Assembly: GCA_964551375.1 (NCBI GenBank) | Contig: CAZKBG010000001.1 | Location: forward strand, 360,001 to 392,000 | Direction: 5' to 3' | DNA length: 32,000 nucleotides | Source: an uncultured archaeon | GTDB taxonomy: Archaea; Iainarchaeota; Iainarchaeia; Iainarchaeales; JAAZKV01 | Shown: positions 1 through 10,196 of the stretch, one piece after another | Layout: every line of letters starts with the position of its first letter | Numbering within the stretch: position 1 is the stretch's first letter | Position numbers and translations under genes: made by a program | The notes under the pieces: generated by a model | What the model saw: the letters and a program-made list of their open reading frames with translations, nothing else | What the model was told of the DNA's origin: nothing | Database searches by the model: none

Positions 1-606
1 GGAAGCCTTGAAACAAACCAGCTAACAATTGACCAGAAAAGAGGACTGTTAAATTTACTTTCAATGCCTGTTAATGCTTCAAGACTCCCTTCATTTTTCA
101 ACGAAAGCGTTCAATTAAGAACCACAATTGAAGGAATTTTCAGCGATGCAAAAAACAGCGACAGCTATGCTTCAACACTTGCTTCAAGAAAAAACAGAAA
201 CGAAGCATGGAAAGCATTATACGGATACAACGAAAGCCTTGTAAAACTTGACAAGAGCTTCACTACACTTGAAAACGCAAGCAACGCAATACTGCTTGAA
301 GAAAATGTGAATTTATGGGTTAATCAGGACGGAGTTGAGGCATTGAAAATAAACTGGAGCTCCGCAAAAAACAGATACAGCACTGCAGAATATGAAAAAG
401 CAAGGGATTTTGCGTCAAGAGCAAAAAAGAATGTTGAACAAATAATGGCTGAAGGAGTGGTTCCAGCAGTGGACAATTCGCAGGACTTAATAGTAAAAGT
501 AATAGGCGGGCTGATTGCAGCAGTGGTGATTATATTTGTTATTGAAAAACTATTCCTTAAGAAAAAGAAAAAACCGGAGGAATACGATGAAGCAGAATAT
601 AACTAA
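1..606 (+). CDS. C-terminal part of a membrane-anchored protein of unknown function (5' end outside window)
   Basis: Frame open from base 1 through the listed ORF at 64; hydrophobic segment LIVKVIGGLIAAVVIIFVIEKL followed by a Lys-rich tail. Confidence 0.7.
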   Translation, partial: GSLETNQLTIDQKRGLLNLLSMPVNASRLPSFFNESVQLRTTIEGIFSDAKNSDSYASTLASRKNRNEAWKALYGYNESLVKLDKSFTTLENASNAILLEENVNLWVNQDGVEALKINWSSAKNRYSTAEYEKARDFASRAKKNVEQIMAEGVVPAVDNSQDLIVKVIGGLIAAVVIIFVIEKLFLKKKKKPEEYDEAEYN

Positions 607-1438
607 ACTAATATCAACTGCGCTGATGTTTTCGCTTGTCCTATTCATTGCATTAAATGTTAATTCCCAAATACTTGCAAGCGCATCAACTGACAAAAAG
701 ACTTTTGGAGAAAATGAAGTGGGGCTTTTGACTGTAAAATTAATGAACGACTCCGAAATTGAGCTTAAAGGAGTGGCGCTAAGAATACAGGGCGATGAAG
801 GAATAGTGTTTTATGAAGGAATGCAGGAAGTTCCGCTTTACCTAAAGACAATTGATTCATTAAAACAAAACGAAGTAAAGCAGATTGTCATAAAATTCAA
901 ATCTACTCTGGCAAAAAAGGCAACTTCAAACATTTACGCTTATTATGGAAAAGTATCAGAACTTACAACCGCATCAGTAACAATGATTGAAACAAAACCA
1001 AGCCCTGTTTTTATTGAAACAAGCACAAAAAGAAGCACTGTTAACTCAAACGAGCAGATAGAAATTGATTACACTCTTACAAACGGAAACAACACGCCAA
1101 TTTATGGAGTAAGCGCTGAAATGATTGCCCCAATCGGGTTTGAAATTATAACCCCTCAGGTAAAGGAAGAAGTTGTTTCTCCAAAAGGAGAAATGCACCA
1201 GAAATTCAAAGTAATCGCGCCCGAAAAATCGGCAGGAGAACAGCAAATAATAATTGCATACGGATACTTTGACGCAAACACTCCCCACTACTTTGAAAAA
1301 ACATTCAAATTCAATATTGAAAGACCAAATTACCAATTGATAATCCTTATCGGAGTAGTTGTGCTCATTGTCGCAGGATATTTATTTTTTAGAAAAGGAA
1401 AAGGCTCAGGCGTTGTAGGCACAGACGGCAAAAAATAG
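587..1438 (+). CDS. Secreted/membrane-anchored protein with repeated extracellular beta-rich regions and a C-terminal TM
   Basis: ATG at 587 follows GGAGG at 576-580 and overlaps the preceding CDS end; N-terminal signal-like MKQNITKLISTALMFSLVLFIALN; C-terminal YQLIILIGVVVLIVAGYLFFRKGKG. The listed start at 536 looks upstream of the true start. Confidence 0.8.
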   Translation: MKQNITKLISTALMFSLVLFIALNVNSQILASASTDKKTFGENEVGLLTVKLMNDSEIELKGVALRIQGDEGIVFYEGMQEVPLYLKTIDSLKQNEVKQIVIKFKSTLAKKATSNIYAYYGKVSELTTASVTMIETKPSPVFIETSTKRSTVNSNEQIEIDYTLTNGNNTPIYGVSAEMIAPIGFEIITPQVKEEVVSPKGEMHQKFKVIAPEKSAGEQQIIIAYGYFDANTPHYFEKTFKFNIERPNYQLIILIGVVVLIVAGYLFFRKGKGSGVVGTDGKK

Positions 1439-1463
1439 TTCTCTAGAAAATAAACTGCTAAAA

Positions 1464-2546
1464 TTAAACTGCTATCTCAACAATATCCTTGTTTTTCAAA
1501 ACGTATTCAGGACCCACCCTCTGCCCTTCAAATTTAGCTGAGCCCCAAACTTTTGCAAATTTTAAATTCTTCGCAAAATCCTTGTGAAGAACCTGCGCAA
1601 CATCAAGAACTGTGGAGCCTTTTGGAAGAGCGAGCGGCTCATTCATATCAGCGTCATGCCCGGGGCGTTTTGTATAAACCAAAATCTTATCAAGCATCAA
1701 AAAGATTGCGTCCTTTAAATTTACAAGAAGATGGTCGGTGATATCATAAGGATTTACAAATAACGCTTTCTTATAGCAGATTTTTTCATTCATCGCTTCA
1801 GAAACCTCATTAAGCGAATTTATTTTTCCAGAAACAAGAACCTGCGCATTGTTAAATCCGGAATTTTTTAAGTACTGCTCAAGCTGCTCCGCGGGAAAGG
1901 CCAAGTGCTCTTTTCCGGACATTTGAATCCCGGGAAATGAAGAAACTTTAACTGAAATCGGAGGGCGGGTTTTATTTACATAAATATAGGACTTTGCAAG
2001 CTCCTCAACCAAAATTTTTCTATCCTCCGGAGAGTTAATTGTAAAAATAATTCCATCAGCATTTCTGATTACTCCAATAATTTCCCTCCCCCCTGCCTTG
2101 CCTTCGGAAGAGCCTTCAATCAAAGCAGGAAGCTCAACAAGCTGAATCATCGCGCCGTCATAAACAAACATTCCGGGAGCGGGCTCTTTTGTCGCAAAAG
2201 GATACGGAGTTACCTGGGCAACTTCTTTTCCAACAATTTTATTTAACAGCCAGCTTTTTCCAGAATTAGGCATCCCGACAATTACAATCTGCCCGGTGCC
2301 GTCTTTTTGAATATACATTGAAGGAGCGCTTCCACCTTTTTTGGCAGCATGCGCTTTCTGCTTTTCAAGCTCTGATTTTAATTCAGCAATCTTTTTTGTC
2401 AAATCATATCTTAAATTTTCAGCGCCTTTATGAGTAGGCGCGTGAGATTTCATTTCAAGAAGAGCAACAAGCTTTTCTTCAGGAGTCTTTGCTTCATAAT
2501 ACTTCTTCTGCGCAACGCCGTATTCAATTGATGCATTTGAAGGCAT
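1464..2546 (-). CDS. DRG/OBG-family GTPase with C-terminal TGS domain
   Basis: G1 motif GMPNSGKSWLLNK, G3-like LVELPALIEG, and C-terminal TGS-like LPKGSTVLDVAQVLHKDFAKNLKFAKVWG...VGPEYVLKNKDIVEI. Confidence 0.88.
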   Translation of the reverse strand: MPSNASIEYGVAQKKYYEAKTPEEKLVALLEMKSHAPTHKGAENLRYDLTKKIAELKSELEKQKAHAAKKGGSAPSMYIQKDGTGQIVIVGMPNSGKSWLLNKIVGKEVAQVTPYPFATKEPAPGMFVYDGAMIQLVELPALIEGSSEGKAGGREIIGVIRNADGIIFTINSPEDRKILVEELAKSYIYVNKTRPPISVKVSSFPGIQMSGKEHLAFPAEQLEQYLKNSGFNNAQVLVSGKINSLNEVSEAMNEKICYKKALFVNPYDITDHLLVNLKDAIFLMLDKILVYTKRPGHDADMNEPLALPKGSTVLDVAQVLHKDFAKNLKFAKVWGSAKFEGQRVGPEYVLKNKDIVEIAV

Positions 2547-2642
2547 ACTATAAACTGCATCAGAAAGGTTAAAAAAAGTGAATTTTGGACAAAAACAGCT
2601 GCAAATCAGATATGAAAGAAAGAAGTTGCTATTTTACTTGAA

Positions 2643-3227
2643 CTATTTCTCAGCCTTTAGAACAACAAGCTCTTCAAAAAACAATTTTTTCTTCCCTATA
2701 TTTTTAACAGAATATCCTTTTTTTGAAAGAATCTGGGAAATATCATCAACCTTATTCAAAGAAGAAAGAAGAATCATAATAACCCCGTTCTCTGAAAGGT
2801 AGTTATCCACATTTTCCAAAAATGCGTCAATTACTTCCCTGCCGTTCTCCCCGCCGTCAAGATCGCTCCACTTAATTTCATCGGAAGGAACATAGGGCGG
2901 ATTAAATGCTATAAAATCAAATTTTCCTTTGGTGTTTGAAAATAAATTACTTTCAATAATGGAGTGATTAAAATTCTGTCCAACAATTTGAGTGCTGTTT
3001 TCCATAAGCCCTTTGGCATACTTTTCAACAGCAGATTTTGTTTCGCTTAATGCGGTCACATTAACATCAGCAGAAATAACTTCCTTTGCGCCAGATTTAA
3101 TCATTGCCACAGACTGAATCCCGCTTCCGCACCCGATATCAAGACATCTCTTGCCCTTGAGGCTTTCTTTTAGAATACACTGCTCAAGAAGCCATGAATC
3201 TTCATCCGGACGATACACTTCAGCCAT
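2643..3227 (-). CDS. HemK/PrmC-like SAM-dependent methyltransferase
   Basis: SAM-binding LDIGCGSG and catalytic NPPYVP motif; 194 aa, typical of archaeal HemK-like enzymes. Confidence 0.85.
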   Translation of the reverse strand: MAEVYRPDEDSWLLEQCILKESLKGKRCLDIGCGSGIQSVAMIKSGAKEVISADVNVTALSETKSAVEKYAKGLMENSTQIVGQNFNHSIIESNLFSNTKGKFDFIAFNPPYVPSDEIKWSDLDGGENGREVIDAFLENVDNYLSENGVIMILLSSLNKVDDISQILSKKGYSVKNIGKKKLFFEELVVLKAEK

Positions 3228-3239
3228 TTATCCACCATT

Positions 3240-3890
3240 TTACTGAACCCGATCCGACAAATCCCAAATCTTGTCAAAATCTTCTTTATACTTCTTTGCA
3301 ATTTCCGGGTTTTCTATAAAAACCAAATTCTCCTCATTTTTAGTATCAGCATTCTGGGAATAATTAAACGAACCAGTTGCAACAATTGTTCCATCAATTA
3401 TTGTAAATTTATTATGCATATACCCTTTGCCGTTTCTAAGCGAAACAGGCGTCCCCGCCTGCGCAAGATACTCATCATCGCTCGCATCATTCATGCTCTG
3501 GTCCTTGTCAAAAATAACTTTTACATCAACGCCCCTTTCTTTAGCTTTTAAAACAGCATCCGCAATCCCGTCATGTGTAAAAGAATAAATTGCGATATAA
3601 AGCGAACTTTTGGCCGAATCAATCTTTGAAATCAAATGATTTGCGCAAGAATCAGCCGGACAAAAATAAACTTCAACATTACTCTCCGCCGGTTTTGCAG
3701 CAACGCTTGCGCTGTTTGAATCCCCAAAACTAAAAAAAGAAGAAGCTGCTTTTGAATAATTTGAATCAATTCCAGTAAAACTTGTATTGTCCTCTCTTGC
3801 CGCAAATATTACAAAAAGAGCAAGAACAATTGCGATTACAAGGATAAGCATTCCCGAGCCTATTTTTTTCTCTCCAAATTTTGCGCCCAT
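3240..3890 (-). CDS. Membrane-anchored phospholipase D-like (Nuc-type) nuclease, single HKD motif
   Basis: N-terminal TM (MLILVIAIVLALFVIFA) and HNKFTIIDGTIVATGSFNYSQNADTKNEEN, the HxKxxxxD/GSxN signature. Confidence 0.88.
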   Translation of the reverse strand: MGAKFGEKKIGSGMLILVIAIVLALFVIFAAREDNTSFTGIDSNYSKAASSFFSFGDSNSASVAAKPAESNVEVYFCPADSCANHLISKIDSAKSSLYIAIYSFTHDGIADAVLKAKERGVDVKVIFDKDQSMNDASDDEYLAQAGTPVSLRNGKGYMHNKFTIIDGTIVATGSFNYSQNADTKNEENLVFIENPEIAKKYKEDFDKIWDLSDRVQ

Positions 3891-3944
3891 AGCATTAAAC
3901 TATGGAAAAATGTCTTTTTATCACTTTCGAAACACTTCGACAGT

Positions 3945-4700
3945 ATGTACTACGACGCCCACAGCCACCTTGACTTAATGGATGAAAAAGAACTTGAAAT
4001 TACACTCCAAAAAGCAGGCGAAATCGGGCTTAAAGAAGTCATTTCCTGCGCAACAAACTTCCCATCAAACCAAAAAAACCTTGAACTCGCCAAAAAAATA
4101 CCCCTAATAAAACCAGCAATAGGAATATACCCTCTTGACGCTGTAGAATTTCGCGAACTGGAGCTTGACAAAGCATTTTACTTTTTTAAATCAGAAGCAA
4201 AAAACGCAGTTGCAATAGGGGAAGTCGGGCTTGACTTTAAGTACTGCACAAAGGAAGAAGAACAGAAAAAACAGACGCAAATATTTTCAAGATTTATTTC
4301 GCTTTCAAATGAAACCAACAAACCATTAATAATACACTCAAGATTTGCCCAAAGACAGGTTCTTGAACTGCTAAAAAAGGAAAATGCAAAAAAAGCGCTT
4401 TTGCACTCATTTGTTGATTCAAAAAAACTTATGACTGCTGCAGTAAACGAAGGATATTATGTTTCAGTCGGATTGAGCGTTCTTTACAGCGAAGAAGCGC
4501 AGAAAAACATCAAAGAATTTCCGATTGAACGGCTCCTTTTTGAAACTGATTCCCCAATAAGATTCAACGGAGAAAAAGCAAATCCTTCAAAAATAATTGA
4601 AGTTGCAAAAAAAGTCGCTGAGATAAAATCAATTGACCTTGATACGATTGTAAAACAACAGGAAAAAAATTATAAAAAACTTTTTTACACCAAAAATTGA
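3945..4700 (+). CDS. tatD: TatD family metal-dependent hydrolase
   Basis: DAHSHLD start, AIGEVGLDF, HSF, and LFETDSPI motifs. Confidence 0.9.
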   Translation: MYYDAHSHLDLMDEKELEITLQKAGEIGLKEVISCATNFPSNQKNLELAKKIPLIKPAIGIYPLDAVEFRELELDKAFYFFKSEAKNAVAIGEVGLDFKYCTKEEEQKKQTQIFSRFISLSNETNKPLIIHSRFAQRQVLELLKKENAKKALLHSFVDSKKLMTAAVNEGYYVSVGLSVLYSEEAQKNIKEFPIERLLFETDSPIRFNGEKANPSKIIEVAKKVAEIKSIDLDTIVKQQEKNYKKLFYTKN

Positions 4701-4722
4701 TAAAATAAAAAAATTCCCTGTT

Positions 4723-5238
4723 TTACAAAAGCTTTTTGTAATTATACTGGGCTAAGTGCTTCTCAATATCCTTGTAAGATTTTCCACAGAGCATTCCGCC
4801 AGCAATAAATTCCTTATCAGTCACTTCAACAAGACACAAATCAGGCATCTTAAACGCGTACATTTCAGATTCCTTGTTGAACTTAAATCCCATGAGAACA
4901 AGACCGTGCAAATCTCCCCTAAAAACATCAATCTCCGCAATTCTTCCTTTGTAATTGTAATAATACCTGAATTTATGAACCCTTTTTCCTTTAATTTCTT
5001 TTTCAAGCGCGCAAAATTCGCCTTCAGTAATCGAAATGCTCTCCTCAAGAAGCTTAGAATGATCATCTTCCTCCACTTCATACTTTCGAGTAATTTCGTA
5101 TTTATCTCCGTGCTCTCGGATTCGAATCCTTGGATAATCAAAATAAGAAGGAATGTAAATGTCAAGAATCTCAACCTTTTTGCTTCTTATAAGGCTTGGA
5201 AGCGACTTTGCCAAAAACGTTCTTTCAAGTTTAATCAT
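4723..5238 (-). CDS. CYTH-domain protein
   Basis: IKLERTFL near the N-terminus (ExExK-like), RIRIREHGDKYEITRKYE, EIDVFRG...LVLMGFKF, LCLVEVTDK pattern of CYTH domains. Confidence 0.75.
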   Translation of the reverse strand: MIKLERTFLAKSLPSLIRSKKVEILDIYIPSYFDYPRIRIREHGDKYEITRKYEVEEDDHSKLLEESISITEGEFCALEKEIKGKRVHKFRYYYNYKGRIAEIDVFRGDLHGLVLMGFKFNKESEMYAFKMPDLCLVEVTDKEFIAGGMLCGKSYKDIEKHLAQYNYKKLL

Positions 5239-5359
5239 ATACAGATACCTGCCTGCCCACTATTTAATCTTTTCACTTAAAAAAAATCAAGTAGCGAAAA
5301 AGCAGTCTAAAAATGGGCAACCGCAAGTTTTATAATTATCAGCCAAAGGAAATATTTAA

Positions 5360-5671
5360 GTGAAATTCATGATACTTGTTTTCCTGATAATTTTGATAAT
5401 GGCGTTAATAATCGCAAACATACTAATTGCGGCAGTAAAACCAAGAAACGCGGGCGAAAAAGGATTTGCAAACCCGACAGATTATCAAATTGAAGAGCCT
5501 GAAGTAATTGTTGAGCACCTTACTGGATTAAAAGAAAACCACGCAATATTAACCGGCGCAATAACTGCAACAAACAAAAAAATGGATCTTCTTAATGAAA
5601 GGCTCACCACTCTTGAAAAAGTGGTGATGGCGATAACCCAGCAGAAGCTTTCAGAAAAAAAATCTGATTGA
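5360..5671 (+). CDS. Small single-TM protein with coiled-coil-like C-terminus
   Basis: ILVFLIILIMALIIANILIA followed by a heptad-like region; GTG start at 5360 or ATG at 5369; AAAGGA upstream. Confidence 0.6.
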   Translation: MKFMILVFLIILIMALIIANILIAAVKPRNAGEKGFANPTDYQIEEPEVIVEHLTGLKENHAILTGAITATNKKMDLLNERLTTLEKVVMAITQQKLSEKKSD

Positions 5672-5719
5672 ACAAACCCCAATCTATACTAATATAAACT
5701 TCAAAACCAAATCTAACTA

Positions 5720-6385
5720 ATGGATAAGCCGTTTATTATTTACCTAATCTGGGCAGTAATTGCAATAAGCATCTCTTTTCTAAACAGCGGACCAAGCCCT
5801 GATACAATTACTCACACACTCATAATTGGATTCATTGGAATTCAAATAGCGCTTTTCCCGCGGCTTGAAAAACTCAAAAAATCTTTTTCTCCAAAAAAAT
5901 TATTCTTTATAATATCCCTGATTTCTGCATGCGCAGTAGAAGGATTTTACATGATTTCAAATCCTGTTTTTAGAAATCTGCAGATAACTTCCTCAACGAG
6001 CCTCTTTCAAATATTGCCCAATTATCTTATTGACCTTTTATTCACCTTCCCCGCGTATGTCATAGTATTTTTAGTAATCTGGCACTTCATAAACAAATAC
6101 AAATACAAAAACTGGGAATACATTATCTTTATCGGGCTCGGGCAGGCTCTTGGAGACGGAGGGGCATATTTTTTTACAAATCCTTTTATGCTGATTTTCA
6201 TACCTTATATTATGCTAAACTACCACGCAATGAACTCGACAGGATACTTTTTAATAAAACAGGAATTAAACCCGAAAAACAACAGCAGACTAAAATACAT
6301 CATCCCGCCATTGTGCATAATTATTGCTTACTTAATATGCGGGGCAACGATTAAACTCATCGGACAATCAATAGGATTAGTTTAG
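5720..6385 (+). CDS. Polytopic membrane protein, unknown function
   Basis: 221-aa ORF with several hydrophobic segments; long open frame with no competing ORF. Confidence 0.7.
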   Translation: MDKPFIIYLIWAVIAISISFLNSGPSPDTITHTLIIGFIGIQIALFPRLEKLKKSFSPKKLFFIISLISACAVEGFYMISNPVFRNLQITSSTSLFQILPNYLIDLLFTFPAYVIVFLVIWHFINKYKYKNWEYIIFIGLGQALGDGGAYFFTNPFMLIFIPYIMLNYHAMNSTGYFLIKQELNPKNNSRLKYIIPPLCIIIAYLICGATIKLIGQSIGLV

Positions 6386-6595
6386 ACAAGGCTATCTGTG
6401 TTTGTTTCGACTGATTCAAATACAAAAAGTTCCTCAGAGTTGGATTAAATCATCAAGGGCTAAGAGCCTCCGCAGGGATTTACTTCATCACAGGAACAAA
6501 ATAATACTGAACAGAATCATTTAAAAATAATAAAACTGGACAAAACCAGCCAATAAGCCAACGCTTTTAAAGAAAAAATGCATAAAATTATCATG

Positions 6596-7372
6596 AACCG
6601 CAATTTAACCGGATTAATGCTATTTGCCCTTATTGCAGGCATAGTTATGCTGTTTGGATGCGACAAGCCACCACAAAACGATTTGCCAGCGTATTTTGAA
6701 ATTATAGACCAAAAAGCATCAAGCTTTGAAGAAGTAATAATTGCAAACAGCGGGGAATATTTTTTAAAAACAGGAAAAGAAAACCTTGATTTAAACAACA
6801 CTGTTTTTGCCGGAGAAATTAGCCCCTCAAAAGGAAAAGAACTGCTCAAGTCGGCAATAGAATTATCAAAAAAAGGCATTGAGTGCAATGAACAAATGAT
6901 AATGAAAGAATTAATTGTATTTGACAAAAGCAGCACTTCAAAAAAATGCTTTGATTTAAATGACGCATCGTTTGATGATTTAATGGCAAGCTCAAAAAAT
7001 GAAGCTTTAAAAAATCCTCCAAAAGTAAACTTCTTCCTTCACTTAATATACAACGAAAAATCCGCAGCAAGCGATTATCATGTCCACTCAAACGGGCTTG
7101 TAATAAAAACTTTTTATACTTTCTCAAACGGGCTTGGATCCTCCCAAATTCTTCGCCTTCCAAATGAAAAAATAAATGAATTAATTGCCCTCTCAAATGA
7201 TGAAGTGCTTATGCAGGACAGCGACTGTACATTTGGCAATGGTGAATATGATTACGCAGAGATTCAGAGGAATTTTGAGTATAATTATTACATAAACTGC
7301 AGCACTGTTTCGGCAGAGAAGAAAGAATTCTTTGAAAAAGCTCATAAAATTCTTGAGGATGATGCAAAATGA
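6596..7372 (+). CDS. Putative secreted lipoprotein-like protein
   Basis: Signal-like LTGLMLFALIAGIVMLFGC then DKPPQND; ORF track starts at 6578 but an ATG at 6596 gives a better signal peptide. Stop overlaps next start (ATGA). Confidence 0.7.
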   Translation, partial: NRNLTGLMLFALIAGIVMLFGCDKPPQNDLPAYFEIIDQKASSFEEVIIANSGEYFLKTGKENLDLNNTVFAGEISPSKGKELLKSAIELSKKGIECNEQMIMKELIVFDKSSTSKKCFDLNDASFDDLMASSKNEALKNPPKVNFFLHLIYNEKSAASDYHVHSNGLVIKTFYTFSNGLGSSQILRLPNEKINELIALSNDEVLMQDSDCTFGNGEYDYAEIQRNFEYNYYINCSTVSAEKKEFFEKAHKILEDDAK

Positions 7373-8250
7373 AAAAAACAATAATTATTTTTGGAATTAT
7401 TCTTGCTGCGCTTAACGCGCATGCTATCGCAATCATTCCTCCCGCGCTTTATGTCGCATCATTATCAATAATCGCGTTTATTTCAAATATTTTAATTACC
7501 ACCGCAGTGTTTGCCGCCGCAAAAGGCGCTTTTGGAACAGGCAAAGTTGGAAAAAACTTTTCCTCAAAGCTGAATTTGATTCTTGAAATAATCGGAAACG
7601 CAGTTCTGATAGTAATATCCATAACAATTGCAGTGTTTGCAATAAATCCAATCACTCTTGAAGATTCAATACTTGCAGGAATTATTGCCGCACTAATAAC
7701 GCTTGGAATTCTTTTACTCAACGCATACAAACGCCTTTCTATTGTTAAAAAAAATGAAAAAAAATCAATTTTAACAGGGCTTTTTGCAGTATTCGCATTT
7801 GTAATAATAGCAGGAAGCATAGCAGCCTATTCATCAGTGGAATTAAAAGCAGTTTCAAGTAATTATGGACAAAATAAACAAACCCCTATTTTAGAAGATA
7901 TTTCAAATTCCATTTCAAACAGCATAAGCGCGCCTTCGCAGTCAATGGCGAAGCAGGACTCGTTAAATGAAGCAAACAAAGGACTGGCAGGAGGAACAAG
8001 CGCTGTTGAAGAAAAAGATTTGCCAGCCGAACCGTCAGAACTCATATTCATCCCAACAAATTCAGGCGAATGCAGAATAGAATCAGAAACCCATTCAATT
8101 TCAATTACTCCAAAAACCAACTGCGTCATAGTTCAAAACGGACTGCGGACAAAAACATTCTGCCCAATAATCATTTTGGCTGACGATTTCTATCCAGATA
8201 AAAACATAACTTCAAGCGGTTCATGCAGTGATGAATATAATTTAAGCTGA
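7369..8250 (+). CDS. Membrane protein with C-terminal extracellular Cys-containing region
   Basis: Several hydrophobic helices (IIAGIIAALITLGILLL, LFAVFAFVIIAGSIAAY), then a hydrophilic 150-aa tail with Cys residues; 4-nt overlap with the upstream gene. Confidence 0.7.
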   Translation: MKKTIIIFGIILAALNAHAIAIIPPALYVASLSIIAFISNILITTAVFAAAKGAFGTGKVGKNFSSKLNLILEIIGNAVLIVISITIAVFAINPITLEDSILAGIIAALITLGILLLNAYKRLSIVKKNEKKSILTGLFAVFAFVIIAGSIAAYSSVELKAVSSNYGQNKQTPILEDISNSISNSISAPSQSMAKQDSLNEANKGLAGGTSAVEEKDLPAEPSELIFIPTNSGECRIESETHSISITPKTNCVIVQNGLRTKTFCPIIILADDFYPDKNITSSGSCSDEYNLS

Positions 8251-8255
8251 TTTTT

Positions 8256-9695
8256 ATGGACTATAACGAAATTCCAAAGGCAGAGCTTGCAAAGCTTGAA
8301 AAGTTCTTTCTTGACAACAAGTTTGAGAAAAATGAAACCATAGTCCTTGAGAAAAATGAAAATTCCTTCCTTGTCCCAATAGCAAAAGAATCCACGATGG
8401 AATTTTTTGAGATGATTTTCAACAATGACGGCCCTTTTTGGAGCGCGTATAAAGAGCTTGGAATAGGAGAAATTCCTCAAAATCAGGAATATATTGCAGA
8501 AATATTTAAGCAGGCATATTTTTGCCGAAATATTGAGGAAAAATATATTTATCGCGACGGAATGAAGAAGCATTTTGAAATAATTAACGGAAGGCTTGAG
8601 AAAAAAACAAAAATAACTCTTGACAATATACTTAGGCTGTTAAGCGCGCCAATAGATAAAATTTCAATCACAAAATCAACTATTGTAAACGCTTTTAGGG
8701 TAAATGAAATCTTTTTAGATTTTGAAAATGAACTAAAAGAATCAATTGAAGCGGTAAAAACTGCGAATTTAAGACCGCTTGATGAAAAAGATGCAGCAGT
8801 ATTTCTATCTAAGGCAGTAAAAGTGATGAAATATTCATTCATCGCATCAATTGCAGAATCGCTTAAGTTAAAGCCAAACCCCTTAATTTTAAAAATTGCT
8901 CAAAATACTTGCGAATTTGTGCAAAAAATCAACTCAAACAAAGCAATTTTTGAAGAAACCTGCTTTTTAGGCGAAAATATTTATGATATTTCAGAAAAAA
9001 GAGCTGATGAAGAAAAATCACCCAAACAAATAATTCTTCCAAAAGAAAACTGGTTCATTTTAAGGGAAGCTGCAAAATTCGCATGCGCAAGATACCTTTA
9101 CGCTGAAAGAAAAGCATACCAAAATATTGCGGTAAAAAACGGCATGGGAAATGAAATATTTTATCTAAAAACACGAGAATTTATACCTGATTATTACGCT
9201 GATTATGCTGTAAAACCAAAGGTAGATTATAAAAAACTTGCAATAATTTCCATAGAAAGAAAAAAAGAATTTGAAAGCATAACTTCCCTTGCCCCAAAAA
9301 GAATCATTTACTCAACAAAATGGTTTTTTGATGAATTTGAATCAAATCCTGCCTCAAATTCAAAAAATACTTTAACAAACTTCATAGGAACCCCTGCGGG
9401 CGCGCCAACTGTTGCAACTGGAGAGTGCGCGTGGGTGAGGGGAAAAGAAGATATTCTAAAAGACTTTTCTGGAAAAATTATTATCACAAACTATTTTTCC
9501 CCAGATCTTGTGACTGCATATACTGGCATCCTTGGAGTGATAAGCAGCGTGGGCGGAGTGCTTTCTCACCCTGCGATTATTGCAAGAGAAAAACAAATTC
9601 CTTGTATTTTGCAGGTTGACGGACTGGAGTCAATTAAAGAAGGAACAAAACTTCAAATAGATGGAAAAAGCGGGAAAATCACAATTATTGGCTGA
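8256..9695 (+). CDS. Protein with C-terminal PEP-utilizing enzyme mobile (swivelling His) domain, no ATP-grasp
   Basis: C-terminal GTPAGAPTVATGECAWVRG...DFSGKIIITNYFSPDLVTAYTGILGVISSVGGVLSHPAIIAREKQIPCILQVDG...GTKLQIDGKSGKITII matches the GGxxxHxAIxARExxIP hallmark of PEP synthase/PPDK His domains. Confidence 0.8.
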   Translation: MDYNEIPKAELAKLEKFFLDNKFEKNETIVLEKNENSFLVPIAKESTMEFFEMIFNNDGPFWSAYKELGIGEIPQNQEYIAEIFKQAYFCRNIEEKYIYRDGMKKHFEIINGRLEKKTKITLDNILRLLSAPIDKISITKSTIVNAFRVNEIFLDFENELKESIEAVKTANLRPLDEKDAAVFLSKAVKVMKYSFIASIAESLKLKPNPLILKIAQNTCEFVQKINSNKAIFEETCFLGENIYDISEKRADEEKSPKQIILPKENWFILREAAKFACARYLYAERKAYQNIAVKNGMGNEIFYLKTREFIPDYYADYAVKPKVDYKKLAIISIERKKEFESITSLAPKRIIYSTKWFFDEFESNPASNSKNTLTNFIGTPAGAPTVATGECAWVRGKEDILKDFSGKIIITNYFSPDLVTAYTGILGVISSVGGVLSHPAIIAREKQIPCILQVDGLESIKEGTKLQIDGKSGKITIIG

Positions 9696-9701
9696 CAAAA
9701 T

Positions 9702-10124
9702 TTATTTGTTTTCCAGAGGATAACCAAGAATAAAATTTGTTGGAGAAGAATATCTTGACGAGCCGTCGTTAAATATCACCTTTACGCGCCAATAGTAAAT
9801 CTTGTTCATCATAAGGCTTCCTCTTGGTATATCAGAGCGGTACCATCTCTCGCCCGCAAGAAGATTCTGCTGAATTTCTGAAGAATCCACTCTTTGAGAA
9901 TAAATAATATTATTAAAATCCGAATCAGAAGAAACTTCAACCACATAATAATTTGTGTCATTTGTCGCCCGCCACCCTATTGATTCAGGAGGCTTAAACA
10001 GTCTTGCCCCGTCCTGCGGAATTATTTGAAGATAATAAAATTTATTTTCAGGATTTGGAGAATAGCAACCAAAAGTAGCCACAAGAATTACAGCTATCGC
10101 ACAAATCAAAACCAATTTACGCAT
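9702..10124 (-). CDS. Putative lipoprotein with a fibronectin-III-like beta domain
   Basis: LVLICAIAVILVATFGCYSP lipobox-like region; ATNDTNYYVVEVSSDSDFNNII...IYYWRVKVIFNDGS pattern. Confidence 0.6.
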   Translation of the reverse strand: MRKLVLICAIAVILVATFGCYSPNPENKFYYLQIIPQDGARLFKPPESIGWRATNDTNYYVVEVSSDSDFNNIIYSQRVDSSEIQQNLLAGERWYRSDIPRGSLMMNKIYYWRVKVIFNDGSSRYSSPTNFILGYPLENK

Positions 10125-10196
10125 ATTATTATTTAATGGATTAAACGGCTATTTAATGGTTTTTAAAAGGAACAAAGATAGAAATTAGCTGTTTTT

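Noticed and set aside
4756-5280. 174-aa plus-strand ORF opposite the CYTH gene
   Set aside because: Reads as the complement of a recognisable CYTH-domain gene; no motif of its own.
6386-6577. Possible tRNA or sRNA in the gap before the lipoprotein gene (TTCGACTGATTCAAAT, GGCTaagAGCC)
   Set aside because: No acceptor/anticodon pairing could be built; only a 4-bp hairpin, likely chance.
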